A stretch of 64,000 nt of DNA. Origin: Chromatiaceae bacterium (GTDB lineage: Bacteria; Pseudomonadota; Gammaproteobacteria; Chromatiales; Chromatiaceae). Of the stretch, positions 19,154 to 28,012 are shown in pieces. The position numbers and the translations under genes were made by a program. Location of the stretch: positions 5,565 through 69,564 of the forward strand of contig JAJDOL010000276.1 in assembly GCA_022340195.1 (NCBI GenBank), written 5' to 3'. The notes under the pieces were generated by a model. It was not told where the DNA came from, did not search any database, and saw nothing but the letters and a program-made list of their open reading frames with translations. Position 1 is the first letter of the stretch. Every line of letters begins with the position of its first letter.

Positions 19154-20357
19154 GGGCTGGAGAACCGACGGCGGCGATGCGCGGACCAATCCGGACCTGC
19201 CGCTCTGTCCACACGAGGGTTCCAAGCTCCAACGCGTCGATTGCCGCCGTTTTTACTGGGCCCGTGGCGTCGATTCGGGCCAAGGCGAGCTCGCGATGGA
19301 TCCGCCGTTGGGAGTCCATGACCAGAAGACCTGTCTTGCCCTGAACGCGCGGCCTGGGACTCTGGCTCATCCAATTCAGCCGTGATCCCAGGCGATAGGC
19401 GTCGACACCCATCGCATAGAGTCGGGGTAGCTTCTTGTAGAGTCCCTTCGATGATACGGCGTCGCCCCGTGCCGCCTCGACCAGCCAGGGGATCTCGACG
19501 AAATTCAGCCCCACCAGGTTCCGGTCGCCCTTCGGGTCGAAACGGCCGCTATAAATATGGGAGGTCGAGTAGATCGGCACCTCGGCGCCGATCTTGTGTC
19601 GGATCTGGGGCGAGATCTGGCGTGCCAGCTTCGAGGTGGCGACAAGAAACACGAAATCCGCACCTGCGGCATGTTTGGATAGTTGCGTGACAGGACCGGA
19701 GAAATCCACGGCGGACGAATCGAAGGCCTGGCTCGCGGCCATGGCTCCACCGAGTGCCTTCCATTGCTGCCGAAACGCCCGGGAGATTCGATTCCCCCAG
19801 TTTCCCTCCGGGTACAGCATCAGGGCCGTCCGGTGTCCCTTGTCCCAGGCCTTGTCGGCTACCTGCGTCGCTTCGTCTTCCGGAGAGAGGGCGAACTGAA
19901 ATAGGTTTTTCGGTGGGTTGCGGCTGTCGGATGTCTCGTTCAGGGCCAGGACCGGGATCGGCAACGCGGGCGCCCCGGCGAGCTCGTCCACGGCTGGCTT
20001 CTGCAGCGGACCTATCACCAGGCCTGCACCGTCCGCGGCGGCTTTTTGTACTGACGCGACAACAGAGCCGGCAGTGCTGTCATAGTAGCGTAGCGTAGGT
20101 CTCATGTGTTGCGGGTCCGCCTCGTAGGCGGCGACAATGCCGTCGCGTACGACTTGTGCGGCCCCGGCGTAACGACCGGACTCGGGTAAGAGCACGGCAA
20201 CGATTTCGCCACTCCGGTAGCCACCGGTAACGGCGCGGCTCAGCTCGGAGTCGTTGCCCATCTGCATGCCGGCGCAACCGGCCACTGCGACGGCGAGCAC
20301 GGCGAGCAGATGCGGGATGGCTTTGCGGGTGACTGTCGGGACTATTATCTGGAACAT
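19134..20357 (-). CDS. lpoA: penicillin-binding protein activator LpoA (LppC family), short form
   Basis: Lipobox VAGC followed almost immediately by IVAVLLPESG, VIGPLQK, VLALN, FALSPEDEA, RLYAMGVDAY; located between rsmI and yraN. Confidence 0.88.
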   Translation of the reverse strand: MFQIIVPTVTRKAIPHLLAVLAVAVAGCAGMQMGNDSELSRAVTGGYRSGEIVAVLLPESGRYAGAAQVVRDGIVAAYEADPQHMRPTLRYYDSTAGSVVASVQKAAADGAGLVIGPLQKPAVDELAGAPALPIPVLALNETSDSRNPPKNLFQFALSPEDEATQVADKAWDKGHRTALMLYPEGNWGNRISRAFRQQWKALGGAMAASQAFDSSAVDFSGPVTQLSKHAAGADFVFLVATSKLARQISPQIRHKIGAEVPIYSTSHIYSGRFDPKGDRNLVGLNFVEIPWLVEAARGDAVSSKGLYKKLPRLYAMGVDAYRLGSRLNWMSQSPRPRVQGKTGLLVMDSQRRIHRELALARIDATGPVKTAAIDALELGTLVWTERQVRIGPRIAAVGSPALGVSHP

Positions 20358-20397
20358 CTTTGTTCGCGGTGCTGATCTAAATTGTGGAGGAGATCGG

Positions 20398-21264
20398 GTG
20401 TCGTACGAGTCTGGAGTACTATACGTGGTGGCAACACCCATCGGCAATCTCGAGGATATTACCGATCGAGCCCGCCGCGTGCTCGCGCAGGTGGACTTGA
20501 TCGCCGCCGAGGACACGCGTCACACCCGCCGTTTGCTGACGCACCTCGGTATCACGTCGAAGCTCCGGTCCTACCACGATCATAATGAAGCGCAAATGGC
20601 AGAGCGCGTGCTTGCGTCCCTCGCACGTGGTGAGAACATCGCCCTGGTCTCGGACGCGGGTACTCCGTTGATCAGCGATCCGGGATTTCTGTTGGTGGGC
20701 GCCGCGCGGCAGCGAGGCTTCCGCGTAGTGCCCGTACCTGGTGCCAATGCGGCGATCTGTGCGTTGTCCGCTTCCGGTCTGCCCTGTGATCGCTTCCTGT
20801 TCCTCGGCTTTCCGCCGCGCACCTCTGCCAAGCGCCGTGATTGGCTGACCCAGGTCAGTATGGAGTCGGCGACCCTTATATTCTACGAATCGGGCAACAG
20901 AGCCGTGTCGACGGTGGCGGACATGGTCTCGATATTCGGCGCCTCGAGGCATGCTGTTTTGGCAAGGGAGCTCACCAAGCGCTTCGAGACCTTCCTCGAT
21001 GGGACTCTGGACTCGCTGGTCGAGCGCCTGCGCCATGATCCGGAGCAGCAGCTCGGAGAGCTCGTCATTCTAGTGGAAGGAAGCCGGCGCTCGGATCTGG
21101 TCGCCCGGGAAGCGGAAGAAGAGCGGGTTTTGGCAATCTTGATTGAAGCCCTTACCCTCAAACAAGCCGCAACGTTGGCTGCCCGCATAACAGGCGGTAA
21201 GAGAAACCGTCTCTACGAGCTCGCCTTGCGGAGGCGAAAGAAGGGCGAATCGGGCGGGGACTGA
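20398..21264 (+). CDS. rsmI: 16S rRNA (cytidine1402-2'-O)-methyltransferase
   Basis: LYVVATPIGNLEDIT, AEDTR, SDAGTPLISDPG, ARELTKRFE; GTG start behind GGAGG. Confidence 0.97.
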   Translation: MSYESGVLYVVATPIGNLEDITDRARRVLAQVDLIAAEDTRHTRRLLTHLGITSKLRSYHDHNEAQMAERVLASLARGENIALVSDAGTPLISDPGFLLVGAARQRGFRVVPVPGANAAICALSASGLPCDRFLFLGFPPRTSAKRRDWLTQVSMESATLIFYESGNRAVSTVADMVSIFGASRHAVLARELTKRFETFLDGTLDSLVERLRHDPEQQLGELVILVEGSRRSDLVAREAEEERVLAILIEALTLKQAATLAARITGGKRNRLYELALRRRKKGESGGD

Positions 21265-21355
21265 TTCCGGGGAGGGACGCCTTCTCCGGGACAGGATTAC
21301 GACTCGATCTGTACAGCCTCGACGAGGCCCGTTAGCAAAAGGCGTGACCTCTGCG

Positions 21356-21625
21356 CTAAAGCGTAAGCGGGTCTTCTTGCACCGACCCCCAGTGGTCGAT
21401 TACTCGACTGAATCCTTCTTTGAAAAAATCCTGGGGTAATCCCTCGCAATCGGCGTTTTCTCGCGACTCTTCGATGCCGCCCCACTCTTCATCTTCAACG
21501 CAATGATCAACCGTAACATTTCCGTTATCCCAGAGTTGGTAAACGTCCGAGCACTGAAAGCGATCACTTTGCGCACTCTTCTGCTTAGTCACCCTCGCCA
21601 CGAGATTAGGCACCGGGATCCCCAT
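21356..21625 (-). CDS. small acidic hypothetical protein (89 aa)
   Basis: ATG preceded by a strong GAGGAGGT RBS; sits in lower-GC intergenic space; no family recognised. Confidence 0.6.
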   Translation of the reverse strand: MGIPVPNLVARVTKQKSAQSDRFQCSDVYQLWDNGNVTVDHCVEDEEWGGIEESRENADCEGLPQDFFKEGFSRVIDHWGSVQEDPLTL

Positions 21626-21824
21626 CTCTTCACCTCCTCGACCTTACGGTGCTATTCAAGCTTCTACTTCAATTATAGGCTATAGGTCGCGACTGGACGG
21701 CCTCCGTCGACGGCTTGTCTTTGAGCTTACGCATTGCGATAACATGGAGAAATGGAACAGGTCGTTCGCCCCAACAAGCCGCTACTGCGTTGGTCTGATG
21801 TGAGTCAGTGAATACGCTCTGCGT

Positions 21825-21894
21825 GAGAATCCGTGTGCGGACCCGTGCGCAAGGTTAGGTGAGTAGACGGGTCTTCGGCCCCCTTTGTCACGAT
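21825..21894 (+). mobile_element. possible degenerate group II intron 3' end (domains V/VI) remnant
   Basis: GAGAATCCGTGTGCGGACCCGTGCGCAAGGTTAGGTGAG resembles domain V (AGCCGTRTGCG-GACC-CGCACGYACGGTT...GAG), followed by a UUCG hairpin and ...CGAT end; several mismatches. Confidence 0.35.
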
Positions 21895-22024
21895 TTTTGT
21901 TGTCAGTATCGACAGATATTCTGAAAAATCCGCGTCGCCGGCAAAACCATCATCGAATACGTTATGGAATACGTTCCCTTATCAATATGCTAGGCGGGTT
22001 TATTCAATATGCGCGAAAATGGTC

Positions 22025-22387
22025 TCAGAAAGGGCTCTGATCTCTATTCTCGTTATCCTGGGCTCGGCCTTGACGATACGAATCGGCTATGCCCAGCAGC
22101 CACAACGCAATAAAGGCCAGCGTGGCGATATTCGTCGATCCTTCGCTGCCTCCCGACCGTTGTGACACCAGCGTCGAGATGGATTCGACATTGAGCGGTA
22201 CACGACCGCTTTGAATCTTTTCTGCAACATCGAACGCCGTGTTCATCGCCACGGAAACAACGAAATAGAACAAAGCACCTGCCGCAGCAGCAAAAAGAAC
22301 ACCACGGACATATTGCCTCAAATACAAGTGCCCGGCCCCGGGAAACACCAAGCCGGAAAGAAGAGCTGCTTTGATCGATCGCCTCAC
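22025..22387 (-). CDS. conserved hypothetical membrane protein (3 predicted TM segments)
   Basis: AALLSGLVFPGAGHLYL...LWLLGIADSYR: PG(x)GH/Q-xY N-terminal motif and WxxxIxDxY C-terminal motif seen in small TM2-like proteins. Confidence 0.8.
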   Translation of the reverse strand: MRRSIKAALLSGLVFPGAGHLYLRQYVRGVLFAAAAGALFYFVVSVAMNTAFDVAEKIQSGRVPLNVESISTLVSQRSGGSEGSTNIATLAFIALWLLGIADSYRQGRAQDNENRDQSPF

Positions 22388-22427
22388 GATTTATTCCTGA
22401 TCAGGCTTCAAGTGAATACACAAAGAC

Positions 22428-22591
22428 TATGCCGGGCTAATGCAAGTTTTTCCGCTTCCTCATTAATCGATAATAGCGAAGTTGTCCGTCACCACCGCCT
22501 TGATTCGGTCGGCCTCGCACTTCTGATGTGCGCTGCGATGCGCCGCCCGCAGCTCGGCGAGCTGTTTGGCTGAAAGCGTTTAGCCGAGCAT
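22428..22591 (-). mobile_element. internally deleted IS630-family element remnant
   Basis: 22591-22463 reads MLG*TLSAKQLAELRAAHRSAHQKCEADRIKAVV (IS630 transposase N-terminus with premature TAA) joined in frame to TDNFAIID* (IS630-like C-terminus). A candidate TA-bounded end lies at 22428. Confidence 0.6.
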
Positions 22592-22611
22592 GCCCTATAT
22601 GCTACAAACAT

Positions 22612-23808
22612 CTACAGGGATTCGAGGTAGCGCCTGATGCGGCGCGCCGCTTCGACACATTCCTCCAAGGGCGCAACCAGGGCAAGACGCAAGCGCCTCG
22701 CGCCCGGGTCAACGCCCTGGATCTCGCGTGAGAGGTAGCGACCCGGTAGGACAACCAGGTTTTCGCCGGCGAGCAGCCCTCTGGCGAATTCCGTGTCTTC
22801 GATCGGCGTCGACGGCCAGAGGTAAAAACCGGCGTCGGGGCACGTGACGGGCAAGTGGCCGTCGAGAATCTGCAGGACCGCGGTGAATTTCTCCCGATAG
22901 GATCGGCGATTGGCGATCACGTGCTCCTCGTCGTCCCAGGCGGCGATGCTGGCGTGCTGGTGGTGAAGTGGCATGGCGCATCCGTGGTAGGTACGGTAGC
23001 GGAGGAAGCGGTCGATGATCTGCGCGTCCCCGGCGACGAATCCCGAGCGCATACCCGGCGCGTTGGACCGTTTCGACAGGCTGTGAAACACGACGCAGCG
23101 GCGGTAATCTCGGTGGTTCATGGCCGCAGCCGCCTGCAGCAGTCCCACCGGCGGCGCCGCCTCGTCGAAGTAGATCTCCGAATAGCACTCGTCGGCGGCG
23201 ATGACAAAGTCGTACTCCTCGGCCATTTCGATCAGCCGCTGCAGGGTGGCCAGATCGATAACCGCTCCGGTGGGATTCCCGGGCGAGCAGAGGTATAGAA
23301 GCTGGCAGCGTTGCCAGGTGTCCGCGTCGACCGAGTCAAAGTCCGGGATGTAGCGGTTTTCCTCGAGGCACGACAGATAGTACGGTTGCGCTCCTGCGAG
23401 CAGGGTTGCCCCCTCGTAGATTTGGTAAAAGGGATTCGGCATCGTCACGAGGGCTTCGGAGACCGGGTCGACGACGGCCTGGGCAAAAGCGAACAGCGCC
23501 TCGCGCGTGCCGTTTACCGGTAACACCTGGCGCTCTGGATCGATGTCCCCGTCCGGCAAATGAAAGCGGCGTCTCAGCCAGCGGGAGATCGCTGCTCGCA
23601 GCTCGGGGAGTCCGCGGGTGCTGGGATAGACGGCTAGGCCGTGGAGATGTGCGATCGCCGCGTCTGTGATAACAGAGGGCGTGGGATGCTTGGGCTCGCC
23701 GATGGACAAGGCGATCCGCTCCAATGCGGGTGCCGGCTCGACGCCTGCGATCAAGGAGGCGAGCTTCTCGAACGGATAGGGCTGGAGGCGATCCAGGTCC
23801 GGATTCAT
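22612..23808 (-). CDS. dapC: succinyldiaminopimelate transaminase
   Basis: LQPYPFEKL, SIGEPKH, NGTREALF, NPFYQIYEGA, DECYSE, SLSKRSNAPGMRSG, YRTYHG. Confidence 0.96.
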   Translation of the reverse strand: MNPDLDRLQPYPFEKLASLIAGVEPAPALERIALSIGEPKHPTPSVITDAAIAHLHGLAVYPSTRGLPELRAAISRWLRRRFHLPDGDIDPERQVLPVNGTREALFAFAQAVVDPVSEALVTMPNPFYQIYEGATLLAGAQPYYLSCLEENRYIPDFDSVDADTWQRCQLLYLCSPGNPTGAVIDLATLQRLIEMAEEYDFVIAADECYSEIYFDEAAPPVGLLQAAAAMNHRDYRRCVVFHSLSKRSNAPGMRSGFVAGDAQIIDRFLRYRTYHGCAMPLHHQHASIAAWDDEEHVIANRRSYREKFTAVLQILDGHLPVTCPDAGFYLWPSTPIEDTEFARGLLAGENLVVLPGRYLSREIQGVDPGARRLRLALVAPLEECVEAARRIRRYLESL

Positions 23809-24079
23809 GCAGTACGAAGAGGTGCCCGCTGTGGCAACAAGCAAGATACTATAGCACTGCGCCGGCGCCGTCTGGAAAATTCAATACGGATAATCCTCGG
23901 ATTGCGAGGCCCAAGCCGGGTAGGCATGGAAAATGCCGTGGATTTAGCGCAGATCTCGATTCCGAGGTGACTCATACGAAAGCCCTGCTCGGAACCGGAT
24001 CTTTTCAAGCGAAAGTCCCTGGATTCGTGGCGGATCAAATGCTCTCCCATTGGGCCCAGCATGTCAGAGGTGAGGTCGG

Positions 24080-24451
24080 ATGTTCGAAATCGTTCGGATT
24101 CATCACGTCAGCCTGATCGTTTCGGATACGGATCGGTCACTGAGCTTCTATTGTGATCTGTTGGGGCTGACCACCGACGGGCAACGACCGAATCTCGGCT
24201 ATCCCGGAGCCTGGTTGTGGGTCGGCGACCAGCAAATACATTTGTTGGAGCTGCCCAATCCGGACCCGGTCCAGGGACGTCCGCAGCACGGCGGGCGGGA
24301 TCGTCACCTGGCCTTGACGGTAAGGGACCTGGATTCCTTGGAGGAGCGTCTGGAGCAAGCGGGCGTTGCATTCACCCGCAGTCGTTCCGGGCGTCGCGCG
24401 ATTTTCTGTAGGGATCCGGATGGCAATGCGCTAGAGATGATGGAGACCTAG
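24080..24451 (+). CDS. VOC/glyoxalase family protein
   Basis: IHHVSLIV...FY..LLGL...GAWL...QIHL...GRDRHLAL...FCRDPDGNALE. Confidence 0.92.
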   Translation: MFEIVRIHHVSLIVSDTDRSLSFYCDLLGLTTDGQRPNLGYPGAWLWVGDQQIHLLELPNPDPVQGRPQHGGRDRHLALTVRDLDSLEERLEQAGVAFTRSRSGRRAIFCRDPDGNALEMMET

Positions 24452-24975
24452 AACCCCCGATAATACCAACGATTGTCCCAGCCCGGCAGCGGGTAGGTCG
24501 ACACTTGAGGGTTCGCCGGCCCCGAACCGGCGAAAGGATCTTTCGCCGGTGTCTGCGGCGAAGCCGAGGATGGAGAGGGGCTTTCGTTGATCCATGGGCC
24601 TTGCTGGAATCCCCATGGGGTCTGGTTGCGGAAGGTTTCACGGTCGCGCTCGATATGATCAAAAAATGCGTCGCGGCGACGTTGGGTCTCCTGTTTCCGC
24701 GCTTCCTGCTGTGCAGCGCCCCAGGGGTCGATCCAGCGCCGGCGAGCGTCCATAGCCTCCTTTGCGGCGTGCCGACGTTTCTCCCGGATCTGACGTTGAG
24801 CACGGACCTCGTCGAGCCACTGACTTACCGGTTCGGTCGGGGGGGCATTGCCGCCGGTCGGAAGGGCGAGCGGGAACTCCTGCGCCACGGTGGGGGAATC
24901 CGGCGCAGCAATGGGACAAACGGCGAGCAGTCCGGCGTACAGGGCAGTAGCTGTAGTTATTGATCGTCGGGGCAT
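24448..24975 (-). CDS. hypothetical exported protein with charged helical core and aromatic C-terminus
   Basis: Signal-like N-terminus, Pro-rich linkers, R/E/Q-rich helix (WLDEVRAQRQ...RRRWIDPWG), ends GWDNRWYYRGF; GAGAGGG RBS. Confidence 0.7.
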   Translation of the reverse strand: MPRRSITTATALYAGLLAVCPIAAPDSPTVAQEFPLALPTGGNAPPTEPVSQWLDEVRAQRQIREKRRHAAKEAMDARRRWIDPWGAAQQEARKQETQRRRDAFFDHIERDRETFRNQTPWGFQQGPWINESPSPSSASPQTPAKDPFAGSGPANPQVSTYPLPGWDNRWYYRGF

Positions 24976-25145
24976 TCAATCCCTCTCACCGCATGGTGGG
25001 TTCAAATGCGACAGGGTGCGAAGGAGAAGAATTTAAAAATTTAAGTATATGCCGAATTAGATGTCGCGTTGCAGTGCGGTAGATCAAGTCTTCGTCAATC
25101 TCTCGAGTTGTGAGGCGAGTGTTTCGCGTCGCTGGGAAAGGCAGG

Positions 25146-25309
25146 GGGTCAAGTCCAGTGCGCCTCCTTTAGGCTCAGAGGAATCGGAGTTGCGAGCGAG
25201 GCGAGTCCCTGAACCCGAACAGATGCTGCTTTGGAACGGACCTGGTCAACGCGCTGGGCAGCCCCCTTGCCGCCAAGGATGCTGAGAACATTTGATCTGA
25301 ACTTGACCC
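25146..25309. repeat. 164-bp segment bounded by 13-bp inverted repeats (REP/MITE-like)
   Basis: GGGTCAAGTCCAG ... CTGAACTTGACCC (12/13 complementary) in intergenic DNA. Confidence 0.4.
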
Positions 25310-25339
25310 GATTGCAAGAATTTCCGTGTCTTGCGGATG

Positions 25340-28012
25340 TCAGTGATCAGGCCTGTCCTCCAAATGGCCGTGGATCTCCTGGCGCAGGTGGTTTAGCGCG
25401 TCTTGCTCGGTAATGGGTGTCCCGTCGGCGGCGGTAATGAAGAAAATATCGTCTGCCTGGGCGCCTACCGTGGCAATCTTGGCGTTCTGCAAGCGGATGC
25501 CGCATGCGTCGAAGACGGCCCCGACCTGCGCGAGCAGGCCGGGTCGGTCGAGGGTGACCAGACGCATGACCGTGCGGTGATTGCGCTCGTCGGCGGAGAA
25601 GTGCACCTTGGTTTCGGTTGGAAAATGGCGCAGCTGTCGAGGAACGGGGCGCGCTACCTGGAGGTCCGGTGCCTCCTGATCGGACAAGGCTTGCACGAGC
25701 GCCTTCTGAATCTGTTTCACCTGAGCATCGTCCAGGATCGGGGACGATTCCTCCATTTCCAGCACGTAATAGGAGTTCAGCGCCATCTCATCGTCGGTTG
25801 TCATGATACGCGCATCCATAATGCTCAGCCCCCAGCGGTCCAGCAAAGCGGTGGTGCGCGCAAACAGGTGCTCCCGATCCCAGGTGTAGATGAATATCTC
25901 GGTGCCCCCCCTGTGAGTCAGCGGCCGGATGGCAACCAGCGGCAAGGTCTCCGCGGAGGCCTGCAATATCATCCGGGTCTGCCACACGATCTCGTCCGGG
26001 GAGTTGTGCAGGAAGTAGTCGAGGCTGAACTTGAGCCATAGCGTCTTGCAGTCCTCACCGCTTGCGCCGTACTTTGATAGAAGTCGCAGTGCCTCGGTCT
26101 GCTTCTGCTGGATCAGGTCGTCCTGGGCCTGGGGGTTGTCCAGCCCGCGTACCAGGGCGCGCCGCGTGCCATGATAAAGATCGCGTAGCAGCGATTCCTT
26201 CCAAGAGTTCCAGCGTGCGGGATTGGTTCCCCGTACGTCGGCGACTGTGAGCAGATAGAGATAGTCCAGACGGATCGGATCTCCGACTTCAGCGGCAAAC
26301 GTCTGGATTACGTCCGGGTCGCCCGTGTCCTTGTGCTGCGCTGTCATGGACATGATCAGGTGCTTCTCCACCAGCCAGGCGACGAGGCGGCTGTCGTAGT
26401 CGGATAGGTCGTGAAGTCGGCAGAACTCCCAGGCATCGCGGGCTCCGATGTGGGAGTGATCTCCACCGCGGCCCTTGGCGATGTCATGAAAGAGGCCTGA
26501 GAGGCAAAGCAGCTCGACCTTGGGGATGGTGCGCGCGATAGCACTGCACAGGGGGAATTCCTGCCCATGTTCCGGAATCAAGAAGCACCTCAGGTTGCGC
26601 ATGACCCGCAGGCTGTGCTCGTCGACGGTGTAAACGTGAAAAAGATCGTACTGCATGCGGCCAACGACGTTGGCGAACGCCGGGATGTAAGCGGCAAGCA
26701 CACCATAATGATTCATGCGCTCCATCGCATGGGTGGCACCCGGAAAGCGCAGAATCTCGATGAACAAGCTGCGGGCGCGTTCGTCACCCCGCACTCTATC
26801 GTCGATGAGGTGGCGGTGCTCGCGGATGAGACGGATCGTGCTCGCCCGTATGGCCTCTATCTCCGGGTGGGTCCGCAGGATGTAGAAGACCTCGATGAGG
26901 GCGACGGGGTCGCGAACAAAAACCTCGTCCTCCGTTACCTCGAGAAACCCGCTTCGGTGCTGGAAGCGCTCGTTGATATTTATCGGAGGTCCCAGTCGGT
27001 CGTGGAGCAGTATGGCCTCCTGGAACAGCTGCAGCAGCATTTCATTGAGGCGATTGAGCTCCATCACCGTGCGGTAGTACCGCTGCATGAACTGCTCTAC
27101 CGCTAGATTTCCGCTCGCGCCCGTGAATCCGAACTCCGTGGCCAGGGCGCGCTGGTAGTCGAACAGGAGCCTGTCCTCACTTCGACCGGTGAGGCGGTGC
27201 AGCACGAACCGGATGCGCCAGAGCAGGGATTGACCTTCCACCAGAGCGAGGTGCTCGCCTTCAGTCAGGAAATTGTGGGTGACCAAGTCGTGTAGAGTCT
27301 CGGCGTCGAAATGGCGTTTGGCTACCCAGCCGATCATCTGTATGTCGCGCAGGCCCCCGGGATTCTCCTTGATGTTGGGTTCCAGGTTGTAGGCCGTATC
27401 GCCGAACTTGTGCCAGCGCGCCTGCTGCTCTTTTGTCTTGGCCTCGAAAAAGGCATCGCTCGGCCAGATCCGGTCAGGGGCCGTGGCGGTTCGCATGCGG
27501 TCGAACAATGCCGAAGAGCCTGCGAGCAGGCGTGACTCGATGAGGTTGGTTATTACGGTGGCGTCGGTGCTGGCCACCTGTACGCAATCTTCGACGGTTC
27601 GGACGCTGTAACCCGGATTAAGTCCGATGTCGAAGAGGAAGGTTATGAGATCGCCGCCGGCCGGACTCAGGTTGACCGTCTCCGACGCCTCCAGCAGGAT
27701 CATAACGTCTACGTCGGAGCCCGGATGTAGCTCCTGGCGCCCGTAGCCGCCGACCGCTACCAGTGCCGCGCCGCTACCGGACAGCATGTAGCGCTGCCAC
27801 GCTTCGCACAGCAGCATGTCCACCAAACGGCTGCGTGCCAGCACCAGCTCGTCGACGATGACGCCTTGGTCGTAGAGCGCAAAAAGGTGCTCTGTACCCG
27901 CCTGCAGGGCTTGGCGAAAGGCGGCGACAGGATTGTCCTGGGAATCGAGGAGCCGCTTCAACCTCGCTCGCGTCTGCGGCCAAAAAGTGGTTTGCTGCAG
28001 GTTGCTGCTCAT
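25340..28012 (-). CDS. glnD: [protein-PII] uridylyltransferase
   Basis: AVGGYGR..LHPGSDVD, LEPNIKENPGGLRD, YTVDEH, FHDIAKG (HD), two ACT domains (DRPGLL). Confidence 0.98.
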   Translation of the reverse strand: MSSNLQQTTFWPQTRARLKRLLDSQDNPVAAFRQALQAGTEHLFALYDQGVIVDELVLARSRLVDMLLCEAWQRYMLSGSGAALVAVGGYGRQELHPGSDVDVMILLEASETVNLSPAGGDLITFLFDIGLNPGYSVRTVEDCVQVASTDATVITNLIESRLLAGSSALFDRMRTATAPDRIWPSDAFFEAKTKEQQARWHKFGDTAYNLEPNIKENPGGLRDIQMIGWVAKRHFDAETLHDLVTHNFLTEGEHLALVEGQSLLWRIRFVLHRLTGRSEDRLLFDYQRALATEFGFTGASGNLAVEQFMQRYYRTVMELNRLNEMLLQLFQEAILLHDRLGPPININERFQHRSGFLEVTEDEVFVRDPVALIEVFYILRTHPEIEAIRASTIRLIREHRHLIDDRVRGDERARSLFIEILRFPGATHAMERMNHYGVLAAYIPAFANVVGRMQYDLFHVYTVDEHSLRVMRNLRCFLIPEHGQEFPLCSAIARTIPKVELLCLSGLFHDIAKGRGGDHSHIGARDAWEFCRLHDLSDYDSRLVAWLVEKHLIMSMTAQHKDTGDPDVIQTFAAEVGDPIRLDYLYLLTVADVRGTNPARWNSWKESLLRDLYHGTRRALVRGLDNPQAQDDLIQQKQTEALRLLSKYGASGEDCKTLWLKFSLDYFLHNSPDEIVWQTRMILQASAETLPLVAIRPLTHRGGTEIFIYTWDREHLFARTTALLDRWGLSIMDARIMTTDDEMALNSYYVLEMEESSPILDDAQVKQIQKALVQALSDQEAPDLQVARPVPRQLRHFPTETKVHFSADERNHRTVMRLVTLDRPGLLAQVGAVFDACGIRLQNAKIATVGAQADDIFFITAADGTPITEQDALNHLRQEIHGHLEDRPDH

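Noticed and set aside
21768-21860. CCCCAAC...GTTAGGT resembling an integron attC site
   Set aside because: Inner L boxes are not complementary, there is no array and no intI in the window
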